Source of the DNA: Nemertoderma westbladi
Lineage: Eukaryota > Animalia > Xenacoelomorpha
Assembly (NCBI GenBank): GCA_032718475.1
Contig: JAUCBJ010004971.1
Span: forward strand, 1-49,823
Reading direction: 5' to 3'
DNA length: 49,823 nt
The number at the start of each line of letters is the position of its first letter. Position 1 is the first letter of the stretch. The notes beneath the pieces are model-generated. The model ran no database searches, had not been told where the DNA came from, and worked only from the letters and a program-made list of their open reading frames with translations. The translations under genes were made by a program, and so were the position numbers. Positions 36,546 through 49,823 of this stretch are shown here, in pieces.

Positions 36546-36789
36546 CTAAAATTTCAATTATTTAATTTTGACTAATAATTATAATTATTATTACATTATT
36601 AGCGTCGACGCGCAAAAAATTGTTAAAAAATTGTAAAAATGTCTAAATGTCGAAAAAAATGTATATGTTATTAGCTAAGGGAGAGTCATTGTGGTTAACC
36701 AGAGAGAAGAATGGCGTCTCCATTATGGATCTCATATCAGATGGGACACCTAGAAGTGGTCAAGGAGCTTCTTAAATCCGGTGCCTCTT

Positions 36790-36970
36790 TGTTCCACTTT
36801 ATTCAGTAGAAGTTGTACACCTGCTAGCGTATTAGAGAGCACGTCAATGTCATCCGCAAAATCTGTACCTGTGACTATATGAACGAGTTCTTGCATTATG
36901 AACCCAAGATTGTCACCAGTTATGGCAGTGCTCACTGCATAATCCACAATTATGATTAGTAGTTGTCTCC
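36790..36970 (-). mobile_element. RTE-like LINE RT fragment
   Basis: IIIVDYA..AITG..LGF...TDFADDIDVLSNTL..VQLLLNKVE. Confidence 0.65.
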
Positions 36971-37928
36971 TTTGTAAAAGTATTTGCGGCAAAAATGTGT
37001 CCTTTTGTGCAATACGTGAAATACTCTAAATCCAGCAATGTCTCAAGAGATTTGATACATCACATATGAAACGACCTGTAGCGTTTATTTTTAGTATAGA
37101 GCTCTAATGATGAAATCGCCAGGCATTGGTCAATATTTTTCTTTGTTCCATAGCTCCTGTGCTATTTGAACAGCCAATCAGCACAATTTTCACTTTACGG
37201 ATTCCTGAGAGTTTGTTTACATATGAATATGCCGCAATGCTACAAAATCATTCAATCTGACTTCTTCCCTAGACCAATGAAATGACACAATGACCAATGA
37301 CACAATGAAATTATGCAAGTTGATGTAGCACATAGATCCTATCGTGTTTCAATCTGAAACCCAACCTTGGTGCATGACCTACTATAGATACGACCCGCCA
37401 AGCTGCTGCAAAGGCCCTAACTTTAGTGTGCCAGTTATTTCTCTTAGATGGAACCCCTGAAACAATAGGTCTTTCGACGAAAGTACTTGCCCCTAACGAA
37501 AATTATATCCTCTTTTAGATGAGATAAATAAAAAGTCAATAGCTCTAGTAGTTTTCCAGATATGAGGAGTTCCTAGCACCCATACCATTTCGGAACCTTT
37601 GGGAATTGATAAAATTACACAAAATACAATCACCCTTCAAAGACTTGGGTATAACCATGAAACCATACTATGATTTTTTGGTTTGTTGAATTCATTATTA
37701 GTAATCGAAAGTAAGATTAGAAGCAAAATTTTCATTTTTTTATCAATATATACTAAAAGAGCACCAAAAGTGGAAGTAGCACTTTTTTCAAACGTTGTAA
37801 ATTGGGCATACAGTTTGGCTACTGAGGTTTTAGAAGGTTTATTCCTCTACCTAAATCAAACATATCGAAGAGTTGTGTAATATAACAACATAGGCATGTT
37901 GTTATATTTAGTTATTAGTCAGTTATTT

Positions 37929-38523
37929 TGTGAGTGGATTCAATTCCGCCTCACCAACCCCCATAAATTTGGAAAGGGCGCCTTTAAGCAATATTGGGAA
38001 GTACGAGGTTGATTACCAATCAACCTCGTATCACCCCCAATAACGGGCACAATACACAGCCCCAAAGAGCCACCAATAGAGGTTAGAGGTCAAGCTACCT
38101 CAAGGAGAGAGAGTAACAGCAGCGGGGGGGAAGCACTCCCACAGAGGTGAAGGCGAGAAGTAGGTTATCAACCAATGGGGGGACAGGAAAGGCATCCGCT
38201 GAGTAGTAGGGCCAAGGTAATGTAGGGTGATTAGATATATATTACCGGTCGGTGCCGATAACATTTAGTTTTACTCAGTAGTTTGCTCAGTCACTTAGGG
38301 CAGAACGGTGACACTTTAAGACCATCACTGCCGTCACCAATCCATACACATTGTCATTACCGGTCAACCGTGCTATCTCAGTATCTGCTATCACCTATAT
38401 TATATATATATTACCGTTCAAGTTTATTAACAACACTGGAACAACAGACTCTCTTTTTCCATCACACGGTGCGGCTGACGCGTACATAAACCAAACTGGT
38501 CGGGATCCTCCAATCCCGTCACA
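37929..38523 (+). repeat. Complete LTR of a BEL-A relative (BEL-C)
   Basis: TGTGAGTGG...CCCGTCACA; the 5' half aligns to 9619-9290 (rc) and the 3' end to 18597-18660 (rc). Confidence 0.8.
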
Positions 38524-38587
38524 GTCTTAAAGTATAAGAACTGCCAAATTGTGACTGCCAGCCACCAGAGAAGAACAGAGTTAAGAG

Positions 38588-39997
38588 ATGAGTCAAGAAG
38601 GAGAGACGACACCGCCGCAGACACCGGACGACGACCTAACGATCCGCGAGGCCACGACGCGACGGTATCAACCCACAACGCCGGGTTCGTCGACGATAGA
38701 CGATCCGGCAATCCAAGCGGAGGGGGGCCGTCTACAACGAGGGATGAGCGAGTGGAGAGAAGGGAGAGACGAGTCGACGCACGACGGTGCACGAGGTACC
38801 GATGTCGCCGAGGCCGAGGGCGATGGACGGCCCACCGGAACGGCAATGGTGGGGCCGCCGGTATGACGCCGACCACGGAGAGAAAGAGGGGACGTCGGCG
38901 ACGAGGACGTCAGAGTCAGCGACCGGCTCCGACGAGTCTACAATGCGACGAGGAGGCAACTGAAGGAAGCCAAAGAAGGAGCAAAACTAGATCAGGTGAA
39001 ACTAGAACAGCGACTAGGTGAGTCGAACAAACATTTTGACTATCTAGTCCGCTTTGGGCAAGGAGAGTTGGCAGGTGAGAGAGCGAGAAAGACCGCCACC
39101 GAACTGTTCGAACTGTGGCAATCTAGGGGTATAGAGCCTGGTGTAGTGTACATAGGGCCATACTTAGTGGATGCCAGGGGAGTTAAGTTAGTGGGTTGGG
39201 CGGGACCGCACGAGGGCGAATCCGAGGTTGACCCCGAGGATTCGGTCTCGTCGGTCAACGAAAACCCCGGAGAGCGGGGGAAAGTTAGCAGGACAGAGGG
39301 GCGACTGGATTCCGTCGCGATCGATAAGTCTGCTACATCCTCCGCGAAAGTAAGAAGGGTGTTAGAAATCGATCTGGCGTGTCAGCGTAAAGAGCGTGAG
39401 GAGAGAAGGGCGAGCGAGCGTAAAGAGCGCGAGGCGAGGTGGCTTGAGAGGGTTGCGAGAGAGACAGAGTTGGCCGAGCAAAGTCTACGAGAGGATAGAG
39501 AGAGAAAAACGTTTGTTAATACCCCACTTACAGGGACCGGACGACAGACCCAAGACTGGTGTAACCGTACGGGCGGGGGGGGGGGGGGGGGGGGTAATAA
39601 TAATACCTTAGAGAACATTAATATTAATAGTACCGTAGTAGATAACCCTAATCAAACTTTCATTGCAGGAAATAATATTTTGCCCGACAGTAGTAATTTA
39701 AATCCGAACGATTCTAATATAAATGTACAAGGTAGTCCGAATAATTTAAATAATAATTTAAATTTAAATACACAAAATAATTTAAATAATAATCCCGTTT
39801 CAAATTCAAATAATTCTAATAATTTGGATAATTTGGAAGATAGTGTTGGTAGTGGCGCTATTAATGTGAACGTGTCGGACGCGGGTGGCCCGGCAAATGA
39901 GAGCATGGTGGGCCACGAAGTCGGTGGGCGGGGAGTGGCGGGGGTGAGAAACCCCAATGAGAGCCTGGTAGGCCACGCAGTTAGTGCGCAGGGAGAT
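38588..39997 (+). pseudogene. BEL-C gag N-terminal fragment, truncated
   Basis: LGESNKHF.Y.VRFGQG, GPYLVDARG.KLVGW, PEDSVS and TFVNTPLTGTG.QTQDW are shared with 17271-18266. Confidence 0.85.
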
Positions 39998-40728
39998 TGA
40001 TCATTGATCTGACTCTGTGTGGCATCAGCCTGACGTTGCACTTTATCAGTCAGTTGTTTCAGCTGATCTCTAGTCGTATCAGCATCCTTATTAAGCTGAT
40101 CACGAGTCATATCAGCCTGTTGTTTAACCTGATCTTGAGTTGCATTGTCTCGGTGTTGAGCATTCTCAGCGAGTTGCTGCATGAGTGACATTAAGGAATT
40201 TAGAGTAATTTCAGGAGGGCTGGGTACAGCTGATTGTTCTGGAACATCCACTACTTCAACTGGTTGTTCTAGAATACTTTCAAGGGATTCAGTAAATGAC
40301 TCATCGCCAGACTGTACGGGAGTAGTAGCAGGTTTTTCCTCAGGAATTACTAGGATGCAGTCCTTCAGAGCTACATGGTCAGACAATGCCCCGAAGCGTG
40401 CTTCAATAGAAACTGCAGCAATTGTTTCCCATGCATAGCGTATTTTATTATTTAGTATAACATTAGCAGAGTTTATCGTACTTTGAAACTCAGAATTAAT
40501 TTTAACTTCTGGAAGGGCCGAATCAAATAATTTGAAAAAACTAGCTATTTTCTCGTCATAAAGACTATTGACTTTACTTACTGTGAGAACTAAAAAATCC
40601 AACTCAAGCTGCTGTGTTTCAGCAGATTTGCCCTTTATTTGTTTTATAATAGTGTCAACCTGGCGTGTAAATGCACCTTTAATAGAGCCGCACTTTAAAT
40701 TAATGCTGGCTAATTGGTTGTCAGCCAC
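39998..40728 (-). pseudogene. Truncated gag-like coiled-coil ORF of another LTR element
   Basis: MADNQL...GSIKGAFTRQVD N-terminus and QQL/DQL heptads; abuts BEL-C tail-to-tail. Confidence 0.45.
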
Positions 40729-41340
40729 AGATGTTGGCCTTATGATTTATATATTTTTAAAACAAAAAATATATAGAAAGAAGTAATTATTTGCTTTAAT
40801 ATATATTAGTTTAAATTAATTTAATCGAAATTAAATTAACAATTAATATAACAAGACAGACGGCCGGCAAAGGCACCCTACCTTTAACCGACGCCAGACA
40901 AGCACACAATGGGAGATCAAAGGGAGGGGAAGCAGCATCTTAAGGTTTGCGATAGAGAATGTTTTAAAGGCTTACTGTGTAGGAAAATACGAATACAAGA
41001 CATACAGTCGGACTAGGAGGGGATAACAGGAGAAATTCAGGACTGTCTTTTGTCCTGAAAACTTGCATAGGTTGGGGGGATGAACCTCTCCCGAGAGGTG
41101 CATCCACCACCATGGGCAAACCAAAAACCGTCTGGCAAGCCCTGCCTCGTTCCTAAACCGACATACCGGAGTCGGCCAACGAGACACAATGGTAAACCGT
41201 ACCAGAGATACAATTATAAAAAAAGGAAATGCTTTATTTACCAGGGGGGGGGGGGGGGGGGGGGGGGGGGTGGTACCGGTATTCTTGGAACTAAGGTACC
41301 ATGATGAGAACTCTCAATAATAAAACTGTAACCTGTTCTA

Positions 41341-44300
41341 TTGGCGAATATGACATATTTATACACTATTTGATTTTTAATCAATAAATAATCATACATA
41401 TTTATATTAAACACTCGAATAAAATAAAAACTTTGTGAGAATGGGACACGGCGAATCTACCCATGTTAATTTTATACCAGGTGGGATAAATGTTAGCCTT
41501 CTAAATCATTAATTACCGATAGAAGAACAGAAATAATTCGATAAATTTCGCCCGAAAATCAAGAAAATCGCCCTCTAGCGGCAGACGGGCGAACTTCAGA
41601 CGGCTCTGAGTATTACGTTGCAACGAGTTAGGGCGAGACCTTTCTAACGAGCTATAGCAAGCGAGATTTCATCGAGATGGGTTCGATTGTATAGCCGATG
41701 ACAAACACACAGACAGACAGACAGACAGACAGACAATCGATATTTATATATATTAGACTAGAAAGCCTGTGGCCCTTCGGGCCACAGCTTTCTAGTGCAT
41801 GTGCAGATTATATATGAATATGTGTGGGAGATTGGAGAACTGCATACGGAACAGACACCATCATTAAATAAAACACCACCCCCATAAGAGATAACTGTCA
41901 AGTTTCAACTTTAGGCAGATTGTAAATAACAAAATTTCCAGAAAATGATCACTTTCAGATCCACCCTCTACCTGCGGACTGGTGAAATGCAGACGACGCT
42001 GCAGTTTGGTAAAGATGGGGTTTATGGTGAAGTAAAATGCCTGCCTTTCAAGTTTCAGCTTAAACAGATTGTAAATAACAAAATTGGTGTAGATGTTCAC
42101 ATTCAGACATTTCACCCTCTAGCGGTAGACTGAAGAACTGTAGACGACTCTGGGACTCCGTAAAGATACAGAATATGCTGTAGTAGATTCCTGCCAAGTT
42201 CCAGCTCAAAGGGATTAAAAAGAACCAATTGGGATGAGGTGTTCACTAACAGACAATTCGCCCTCTAGCGGCAGATAGGGGAACTGTATACAACTCTGCG
42301 ACTCAGTAAATGTAGAGCCTATGCTGTAGTAGATGCCTACCAAGTTTCAGTCTAAACCGTTTGTAAATAACAAAGTTGGAGAAGATGTTAACTTTCAGAC
42401 ATTTCACCCTCTAGCGGTAGACCGGGGAAGTGTATAGGACTCTGCAACTCCGTAAAGATAGAGCCTATGATGTAGTAGATACCAACCAAGTTTCAGCTCA
42501 AAATGATTAAAAAGAACCAAATGGGATGAGGTTTTCACTATCAGACAATTCGCCCTCTTGCGGCTGACTGTGGAACTGTAGACAACTCTACTACTCCGCA
42601 AAGATATAGCCTATGCTATAGTAGATGCCTACCAAGTTTCAGTCTAAAAGGATTGTAAATAACAAAGTTGGAGAAGATGTTAACTTTCATACATTTCGCC
42701 CTCTAGCGGCAGACGCGGGTACTGTAGACAACTCTGCGCGACTCAGTAAAGATATAGCCTATGCTGTAGTAGATGCCTACCAAGTTCAGTCTAAATGGAT
42801 TATAAATAACAAAGTTGGAGAAGATGTTAACTTTCAGACATTTCGCCCTCTAGCGGTAGACCGGGGAATTGTAGACGACTCTGCTACTCAGTAAAGATAC
42901 AGTCTATGCTGTAGTAGATGCCTACCAAGTTTCAGTCTAAACGGATTGTAAATAACAAAGTTGGAGAAGATGTTAACTCTCAGACATTTAGCCCTCTAAC
43001 GGTAGACTGGGGAACTGTAGACAACCCAGTGACTCCGGAAATAATACAGCCTATGCTGCAGTATATAGCTACCAAGTTTCAGCTCAAAAGCATTAAAAAC
43101 AACCCAATAAGATCAGGTTTTCACTATCGGACAATTCGCCCTCTAGCGGCAGACGGGGGAACTTCAGACGGCTCTGAGTATTACGTTGCAACGACTTAGG
43201 GCGAGACCTATCTAACGAGCTATAGTAAGCGAGATTTCATCGAGATTAGATGTATACTATTAGATAAAATAATAATACAGTAAGTATAGGCCTACAGAAA
43301 TAATTATTTTCCTTTTAATATTCATAACAGTAAAACAAAAATGTTATAAACCTCTCCTTCCATGCAGCCAATGATTGAAAAAGCAGAATTACTCTGAGCA
43401 ATTAGCAATAGACAACCCAAACCCCACCCCAATCAACACTCCAGCCTGCTTGCTCCTTATCTGTGCCCAGCCAGCTAGCTGCGAGTTCAATAATTACCTT
43501 AACGTTGCTATGATACAGAAAACAATCCTTCCCTATATTCACTACAGCACTAAGAATAGGCCAATTCGATCGTGCTTGGCGAATATGACATATTTATACA
43601 CTATTTGGTTTTTAATCAATAAATAATCATACATATTTATATTAAACACTCGAATAAAATAAAAACTTTGTGAGAATGGGACACGGCGAATCTACCCATG
43701 TTAATTTTATACCAGATGGGATAAATGTTAGCCCTCTAAATCATTAATTACCGATAGAAGAACCGAAATAATTCGATAAATTTCGCCCGAAAATCACGAA
43801 AATCGCCCTCTAGCGGCAGACGGGTGAACTTCAGACGACTCTGAGTATTACGTTGCAACGAGTTAGAGCGAGACCTTTCTAACGAGCTATAGCAAGCGAG
43901 ATTTCATCGAGATGGGTTCGATTGTATAGCTGATGACAAACAGACAGACAGACAGACAGACAATCGATATTTATATATATTAGACTAGAAAGCCTGTGGC
44001 CCTTCGGGCCACAGCTTTCTAGTGCACATGCAGATGATATATGAATATGTGTGGGAGATTTGATAACTGCATACGGAACAGACACCATCATTAAATAAAA
44101 CACCACCCCCATAAGAGATAACTGTCAAGTTTCAACTTTAGGCAGATTGTAAATAACAAAATTTCCAGAAAATGATCACTTTCAGATCCACCCTCTACCT
44201 GCGGACTGGTGAAATGCAGACGGCGCTGCAGTTTGGTAAAGATGGGGTTTATGGTGAAGTAAAATGCCTGCCTTTCAAGTTTCAGCTTAAACAGATTGTA

Positions 44301-47300
44301 AATAACAAAATTGGTGTAGATGTTCACATTCAGACATTTCACCCTCTAGCGGTAGACTGAAGAACTGTAGACGACTCTGGGACTCCGTAAAGATACAGAA
44401 TATGCTGTAGTAGATTCCTGCCAAGTTCCAGCTCAATACGATTAAAAAGAACCAAATGGGATGAGGTGTTCACTATCAGATATTTCGCCCTCTAGCGGCA
44501 GATACGGACTGTATAGAACTCTGTGACTCCGTAAAGGTACAGCCTATGCTGCAGTAGAAGCCTACCAAGTTTCAGTCTAAACCGTTAGTAAATAACAAAG
44601 TTGAAGAAGATGTTAACTTTCAGACATTTCACCCTCTAGCGGTAGACTGGGGAAGTGAATAGGATTCTGCAACTCCGTAAAGATACAGCCTATGATGTAG
44701 TAGATACCAACCAAGTTTCAGCTCAAAATGATTAAAAAGAACCAAATGGGATGAGGTTTTACTATCAGACAATTCGCCCTCTGGCGGCTGACTGTGGAAC
44801 TGTAGATGACTCTACTACTCCGCAAAGATATAGCCTATGCTATAGTAGATGCCTACCAAGTTTCAGTCTAAAAGGATTGTAAATAACAAAGTTGGAGGAG
44901 ATGTTAACTTTCATACATTTCGCCCTCTAGCGGCAGACGCGGGTAATGTAGACAACTCTGCGCGACTCAGTAAAGATATAGCCTATGCTGTAGTAGATGC
45001 CTACCAAGTTCAGTCTAAATGGATTATAAATAAGAAAGTTGGAGAAGATGTTAACTTTCAGACATTTCGCCCTCTAGCGGTAGACTGGGGAATTGTAGAC
45101 GACTCGGCGACTCAGTAAAGATACAGCCTTTGCTCTAGTAGATGCCTACCAAGTTTCAGTCTAAACGGATTGTAAATAACAAAGTTGGAGAATATGTTAA
45201 CTCTCAGACATTTAGCCCTCTAACGGTAGACTGGGGAACTGTGGACAACTCCGGAAATATACTGGTGGAAACTCAGAGACTCCGGAAATATACAGCCTAT
45301 GCTGCAGTATATAGCTACCAAGTTTCAGCACAAAAGCATTAAAAACAACCCAATGAGATCAGGTTTTCACTATCGGACAATTCGCCCTCTAGCGGCAGAC
45401 GGGGGAACTTCAGACGGCTCTGAGTATTACGTTGCAACGAGTTAGGGCGAGACCTATCTAACGAGCTATAGTAAGCGAGATTTCATGGAGATTAGATGTA
45501 TAATATTAGATAAAATAATAATACAGTAAGTATAGGCCTACAGAAATAATTATTTTACTTTTAATATTCATAACAGTAAAACAAAAATGTTATAACCCTC
45601 TCCTTCCATGCAGCCAATGATTGAGAAAGCAGAATTACTCTTGAGCAATTCGCAATAGACAACCCAAACCCACCCCAATCAACACTCCAGCCTGCTTGCT
45701 CCTTATCTGTGCCCAGCCAGCTAGCTGCGAGTTCAATAATTACCTTAACGTTGCTATGATACAGAAAAAAATCCTTCCCTATTCAATAAGAATAGGCCAA
45801 TTCGATCGTGCTTGGCGAATATGACATATTTATACACTATTTGCTTTTTAATCAATAAATAATCATACATATTTATATTAAACACTCGAATAAAATAAAA
45901 ACTTTGTGAGAGTGGGACACGGCGAATCTACCCATGTTAATTTTATACCAGGTGGGATAAATGTTAGCCCTCTAAATCATTAATTACCGATAGAAGAACC
46001 GAAATAATTCGATAAATTTCACCCGAAAATCACGAAAATCGCCCAGCGGCAGACGGGCGAACTTCCGACGGCTCTGAGTATTACGTTGCAACGAGTTAGG
46101 GCGAGACCTTTCTAACGAGATATAGCAAGCGAGATTTCATCGAGATGGGTTCGATTGTATAGCCGATGACAAACACACAGACAGACAATCGATATTTATA
46201 TACTAGAAAGCCTGTGGCCCTTCGGGCCACAGCTTTCTAGTGCACGTGCAGATGATATATGAATATGTGTGGGAGATTTGAGAACTGCATACGGAACAGA
46301 CACCATCATTAAATAAAACACCACCCCCATAAGAGATAACTGTCAAGTTTCAACTTTAGGCAGATTGTAAATAACAAAATTTCCAGAAAATGATCACTTT
46401 CAGATCCACCCTCTACCTGCGGAGTGGTGAAATGCAGACGGCGCTGCAGTTTGGTAAAGATGGGGTTTATGGTGAAGTAAAATGCCTGCCTTTCAAGTTT
46501 CAGCTTAAACAGATTGTAAATAACAAAATTGGTGTAGATGTTCATATTCAAACATTTCACCCTCTAGCGGTAGACTGAAGAACTGTAGACGACTCTAGGA
46601 CTCCGTAAAGATACAGAATATGCTGTAGTAGATTCCTACCAAGTTCCAGCTCAATAGGATTAAAAAGAACCAAATGGGATGAGGTGTTCACTATCAGATA
46701 TTTCGCCCTCTAGCGTCAAATGGGGGGACTGTATACAACTCTGCGAATCCGTAAAGGTACAGCCTATGTTGTAGTAGATGCCTACCAAGTTTCAGTCTAA
46801 ACCGTTAGTAAATAACAAAGTTGGAGAAGATGTTAACTTTCAGACATTTCACCCTCTAGCGGTAGACTGGAGAAGTGTATAGGACTCTGCAACTCCGTAA
46901 AGATACAGCCTATGATGTAGTAGATACCTGCCAAGTTTCAGCTCAAAAGGATTAAAAAGAACCAAATGGGATGAGGTTTTCACTATCAGACAATTCCCCC
47001 TCTAGCGGCTGACTGTGGAACTGTAAACGAATCTACTACTCCACAAAGATATAGCCTATGCTATAGTAGATGTCTACCAAGTTTCAGTCTAAAAGGATTG
47101 TAAATAACAAAGTTGGAGGAGATGTTAACTTTCATACATTTCGCCCTCTAGCGGCAGACGCGGGTAATGTAGACAACTCTGCGCGACTCAGTAAAGATAT
47201 AGCCTATGCTGTAGTAGATGCCTACCAAGTTCAGTCTAAATGGATTATAAATAACAAAGTTGGAGAAGATGGTAACTTTCAGACATTTCACCCTCTAGCG

Positions 47301-49823
47301 GTAGACTGGGGAAGTGTATAGGACTCTGCAATTCCGTAAAGATAGAGCCTAGGATGTAGTAGATACCTGCCAAGTTTCAGCTCAAAAGGATTAAAAAGAA
47401 CCAAATGGGATGAGGTTTTCACTATCAGACAATTCGCCCTCTTGCGGCTGACTGTGGAACTGTAGACGACTCTACTACTCAGCAAAGATATAGCCTATGC
47501 TATAATAGATGCCTACCAAGTTTCAGTCTAAAAGGTTTGTAAATAACAAAGTTGGAGAAGATGTTAACTTTCATACATTTCGCCCTCTAGCGGCAGACGC
47601 GGGTACTGTAGACAACTCTGCGCGACTCAGTAAAGATATAGCCTATGCTGTAGTAGATGCCTACCAAGTTCAGTCTAAATGGATTATAAATAACAAAGTT
47701 GGAGAAGATGTTAACTTGCAGACATTTCGCCCTCTAGCGGTAGACTGGGAAATTGTAGACGACTCTGCGACTCAGTAAAGATTCAGCCTATGCTGTAGTA
47801 GATGCCTACCAAGTTTCAGTCAAAACGGATTGTAAATAATAAAGTTGGAGAAGATGTTAACTCTCAGACATTTAGCCCTCTAACGGTAGACTGGGGAACT
47901 GTAGACAACCCAGTGACTCCGGAAATATACAGCCTATGCTGCAGTATATAGCTACCACGTTTCAGCTCAAAAGCATTAAAAACAACCCTATAAGATCAGG
48001 TTTTCACTATCGGATAATTCGCCCTCTAGCGGCAGACGGTGGAACTTCAGACGGCTCTGAGTATTACGTTGCAACGAGTTAGGGCGAGACCTATCTAACG
48101 AGCTATAGTAAGCGAGATTTCATCGAGATTAGATGTATAATATTAGATAAAATAATAATACAGTAAGTATAGGCCTACAGAAATAATTATTTTACTTTTA
48201 ATATTCATAACAGTAAAACAAAAATGTTATAAACCTCTCCTTCCATGCAGCCAATGATTGAGAAAGCAGAATTACTCTTGAGCAATTCGCAACAGACAAC
48301 CCAAACCCACCCCAATCAACACTCCAGCCTGCTTGCTCCTTATCTGTGCCCAGCCAGCTAGCTGCGAGTTCAATAATTACCTTAACGTTGCTATGATACA
48401 GAAAACAATCCTTCCCTATTCAATACCAATAGGCCAATTCGATCGTGCTTGGCGAATATGACATATTTATACACTATTTGATTTTTAATCAATAAATAAT
48501 CATACATATTTATATTAAACACTCGAATAAAATAAAAACTTTGTGAGAATGGGACACGGCGAATCTACCCATGTTAATTTTATACCAGATGGGATAAATG
48601 TTAGCCCTCTAAATCATTAATTACCGATAGAAGAACCGAAATAATTCGATAAATTTCGCCCGAAAATCACGAAAATCGCCCTCTAGCGACAGACGGGCGA
48701 ACTTCAGACGGCTCTGAGTATTACGTTGCAACGAGTTAGGGCGAGACCTTTCTAACGAGCTATAGCAAGCGAGATTTCATCGAGATGGGTTCGATTGTAT
48801 AGCCGATGACAAACACACAGACAATCGAGATTTATATATATTAGACTAGAAAGCCTGTGGCCCTTCGGGCCACAGCTTTCTAGTGCACGTGCAGATGATA
48901 TATGAATATGTGTGGGAGATTTGAGAACTGCATACGGAACAGACACCATCATTAAATAAAACACCACCCCCATAAGAGATAACTGTCAAGTTTCAACTTT
49001 AGGCAGATTGTAAATATCAAAATTTCCAGAAAATGATCACTTTCAGATCCACCCTCTACCTGCGGACTGGTGAAATGCAGACGGCGCTGCAGTTTGGTAA
49101 AGATGGGGTTTATGGTGAAGTAAAATGCCTGCCTTTCAAGTTTCAGCTTAAACAGATTGTAAATAACAAAATTGGTGTAGATGTTCACATTCAGACATTT
49201 CACCCTCTAGCGGTAGACTGAAGAACTGTAGACGACTCTGGGACTCCGTAAAGATACAGAATATGCTGTAGTAGATTCCTGCCAAGTTCCAGCTCAATAG
49301 GATTAAAAAGAACCAAATGGGATGAGGTGTTCACTATCAGATATGTCGCCCTCTAGCGGCAGATGGGGGGACTGTATACAACTCTGTGACTCCGTAAAGG
49401 TACAGCCTATGCTGTAGTAGATGCCTACCAAGTTTCAGTCTAAACCGTTAGTAAATAACAAAGTTGGAGAAGATGTTAACTTTCAGACATTTCACCCTCT
49501 AGCGGTAGACTGGGGAAGTGAATAGGATTCTGCAAACCCGTAAAGATACAGCCTATGATGTAGTAGATACCAACCAAGTTTCAGCTCAAAATGATTAAAA
49601 AGAACCAAATGGGATGAGGTATTCACTATCAGAAAATTCGCCCTCTAGCGGCTGACTGTGGAACTGTAGACGACTCCACTACTCCGCAAAGATATAGCCT
49701 ATGCTATAGTAGATGCCTACCAAGTTTCAGTCTAAAAGGATTGTAAATAAGAAAGTTGGAGGAGATGTTAACTTTCATACATTTCGCCCTCAAGCGGCAG
49801 ACGCGGGTAATGTAGACAACTCT
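41341..49823 (-). mobile_element. Head-to-tail tandem array of a non-autonomous Helitron-like element (units ~2.22, 2.22 and 2.64 kb plus partials)
   Basis: Minus-strand junctions hairpin-ggctttCTAG|TCTAATATATATAAA at 41757/41758, 43984/43985, 46202/46203 (eroded) and 48845/48846; (GACA)n microsatellite near the TC end; taccaagtttc core. Confidence 0.8.
42050..43200. repeat. ~146-bp internal subrepeats (8 per unit; 11 in the third unit)
   Basis: ccctct(a)gcgg anchors at 42115, 42261, 42407, 42553, 42699, 42846, 42992 and 43139. Confidence 0.9.

Noticed and set aside
37879-37908. Perfect 13-bp AT-rich hairpin before the BEL-C LTR
   Set aside because: Single occurrence, low complexity, and no supporting context.
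39652-40000. Long overlapping bidirectional ORFs 38996-40000 (+) and 39652-40728 (-)
   Set aside because: The overlap is read-through across the junction of two truncated elements at ~39997.
41080-41304. REVHPP(P)W similarity to the ORF at 22271-22525
   Set aside because: Too short to establish homology.
41758-41795. Rho-independent terminator
   Set aside because: Eukaryotic context and no U-tract; better explained as a Helitron 3' hairpin.
41864-49221. Repeated 60-90 aa ORFs in the 2.2-kb array
   Set aside because: Short, frame-variable between subrepeats, and without Rep/helicase motifs; this is non-coding repeat.

Overview
Eukaryotic (animal-like), transposon-saturated window with no prokaryotic operon or CRISPR structure. 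One host gene is visible: an SLC35G/EamA-type transporter with a coding exon at 3912-4036 that splices in phase to 19202-20013. Its ~15 kb intron holds a pol-less BEL/Pao LTR element whose 3' LTR is interrupted by a CRE-clade (RLE) non-LTR retrotransposon. A second CRE element occupies 46-3159. A second pol-less LTR element (20920-35623, TSD ATCAT) hosts a CsRN1-lineage Gypsy element. The Gypsy protease is split by a 1.7 kb insertion (9-bp TSD) made of ~413-bp units, three tandem and one inverted. Each unit carries a tRNA-like Pol III A/B-box head fused to a minimal type I hammerhead ribozyme and enclosed by a long stem, i.e. a retrozyme/SINE-like self-cleaving element and the most interesting system here. 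The last 8.5 kb is a head-to-tail non-autonomous Helitron concatemer (CTAG|TC junctions) with internal ~146-bp subrepeats, each carrying a CTCF-like motif. All family assignments come from motif recognition by eye; no searches were run.
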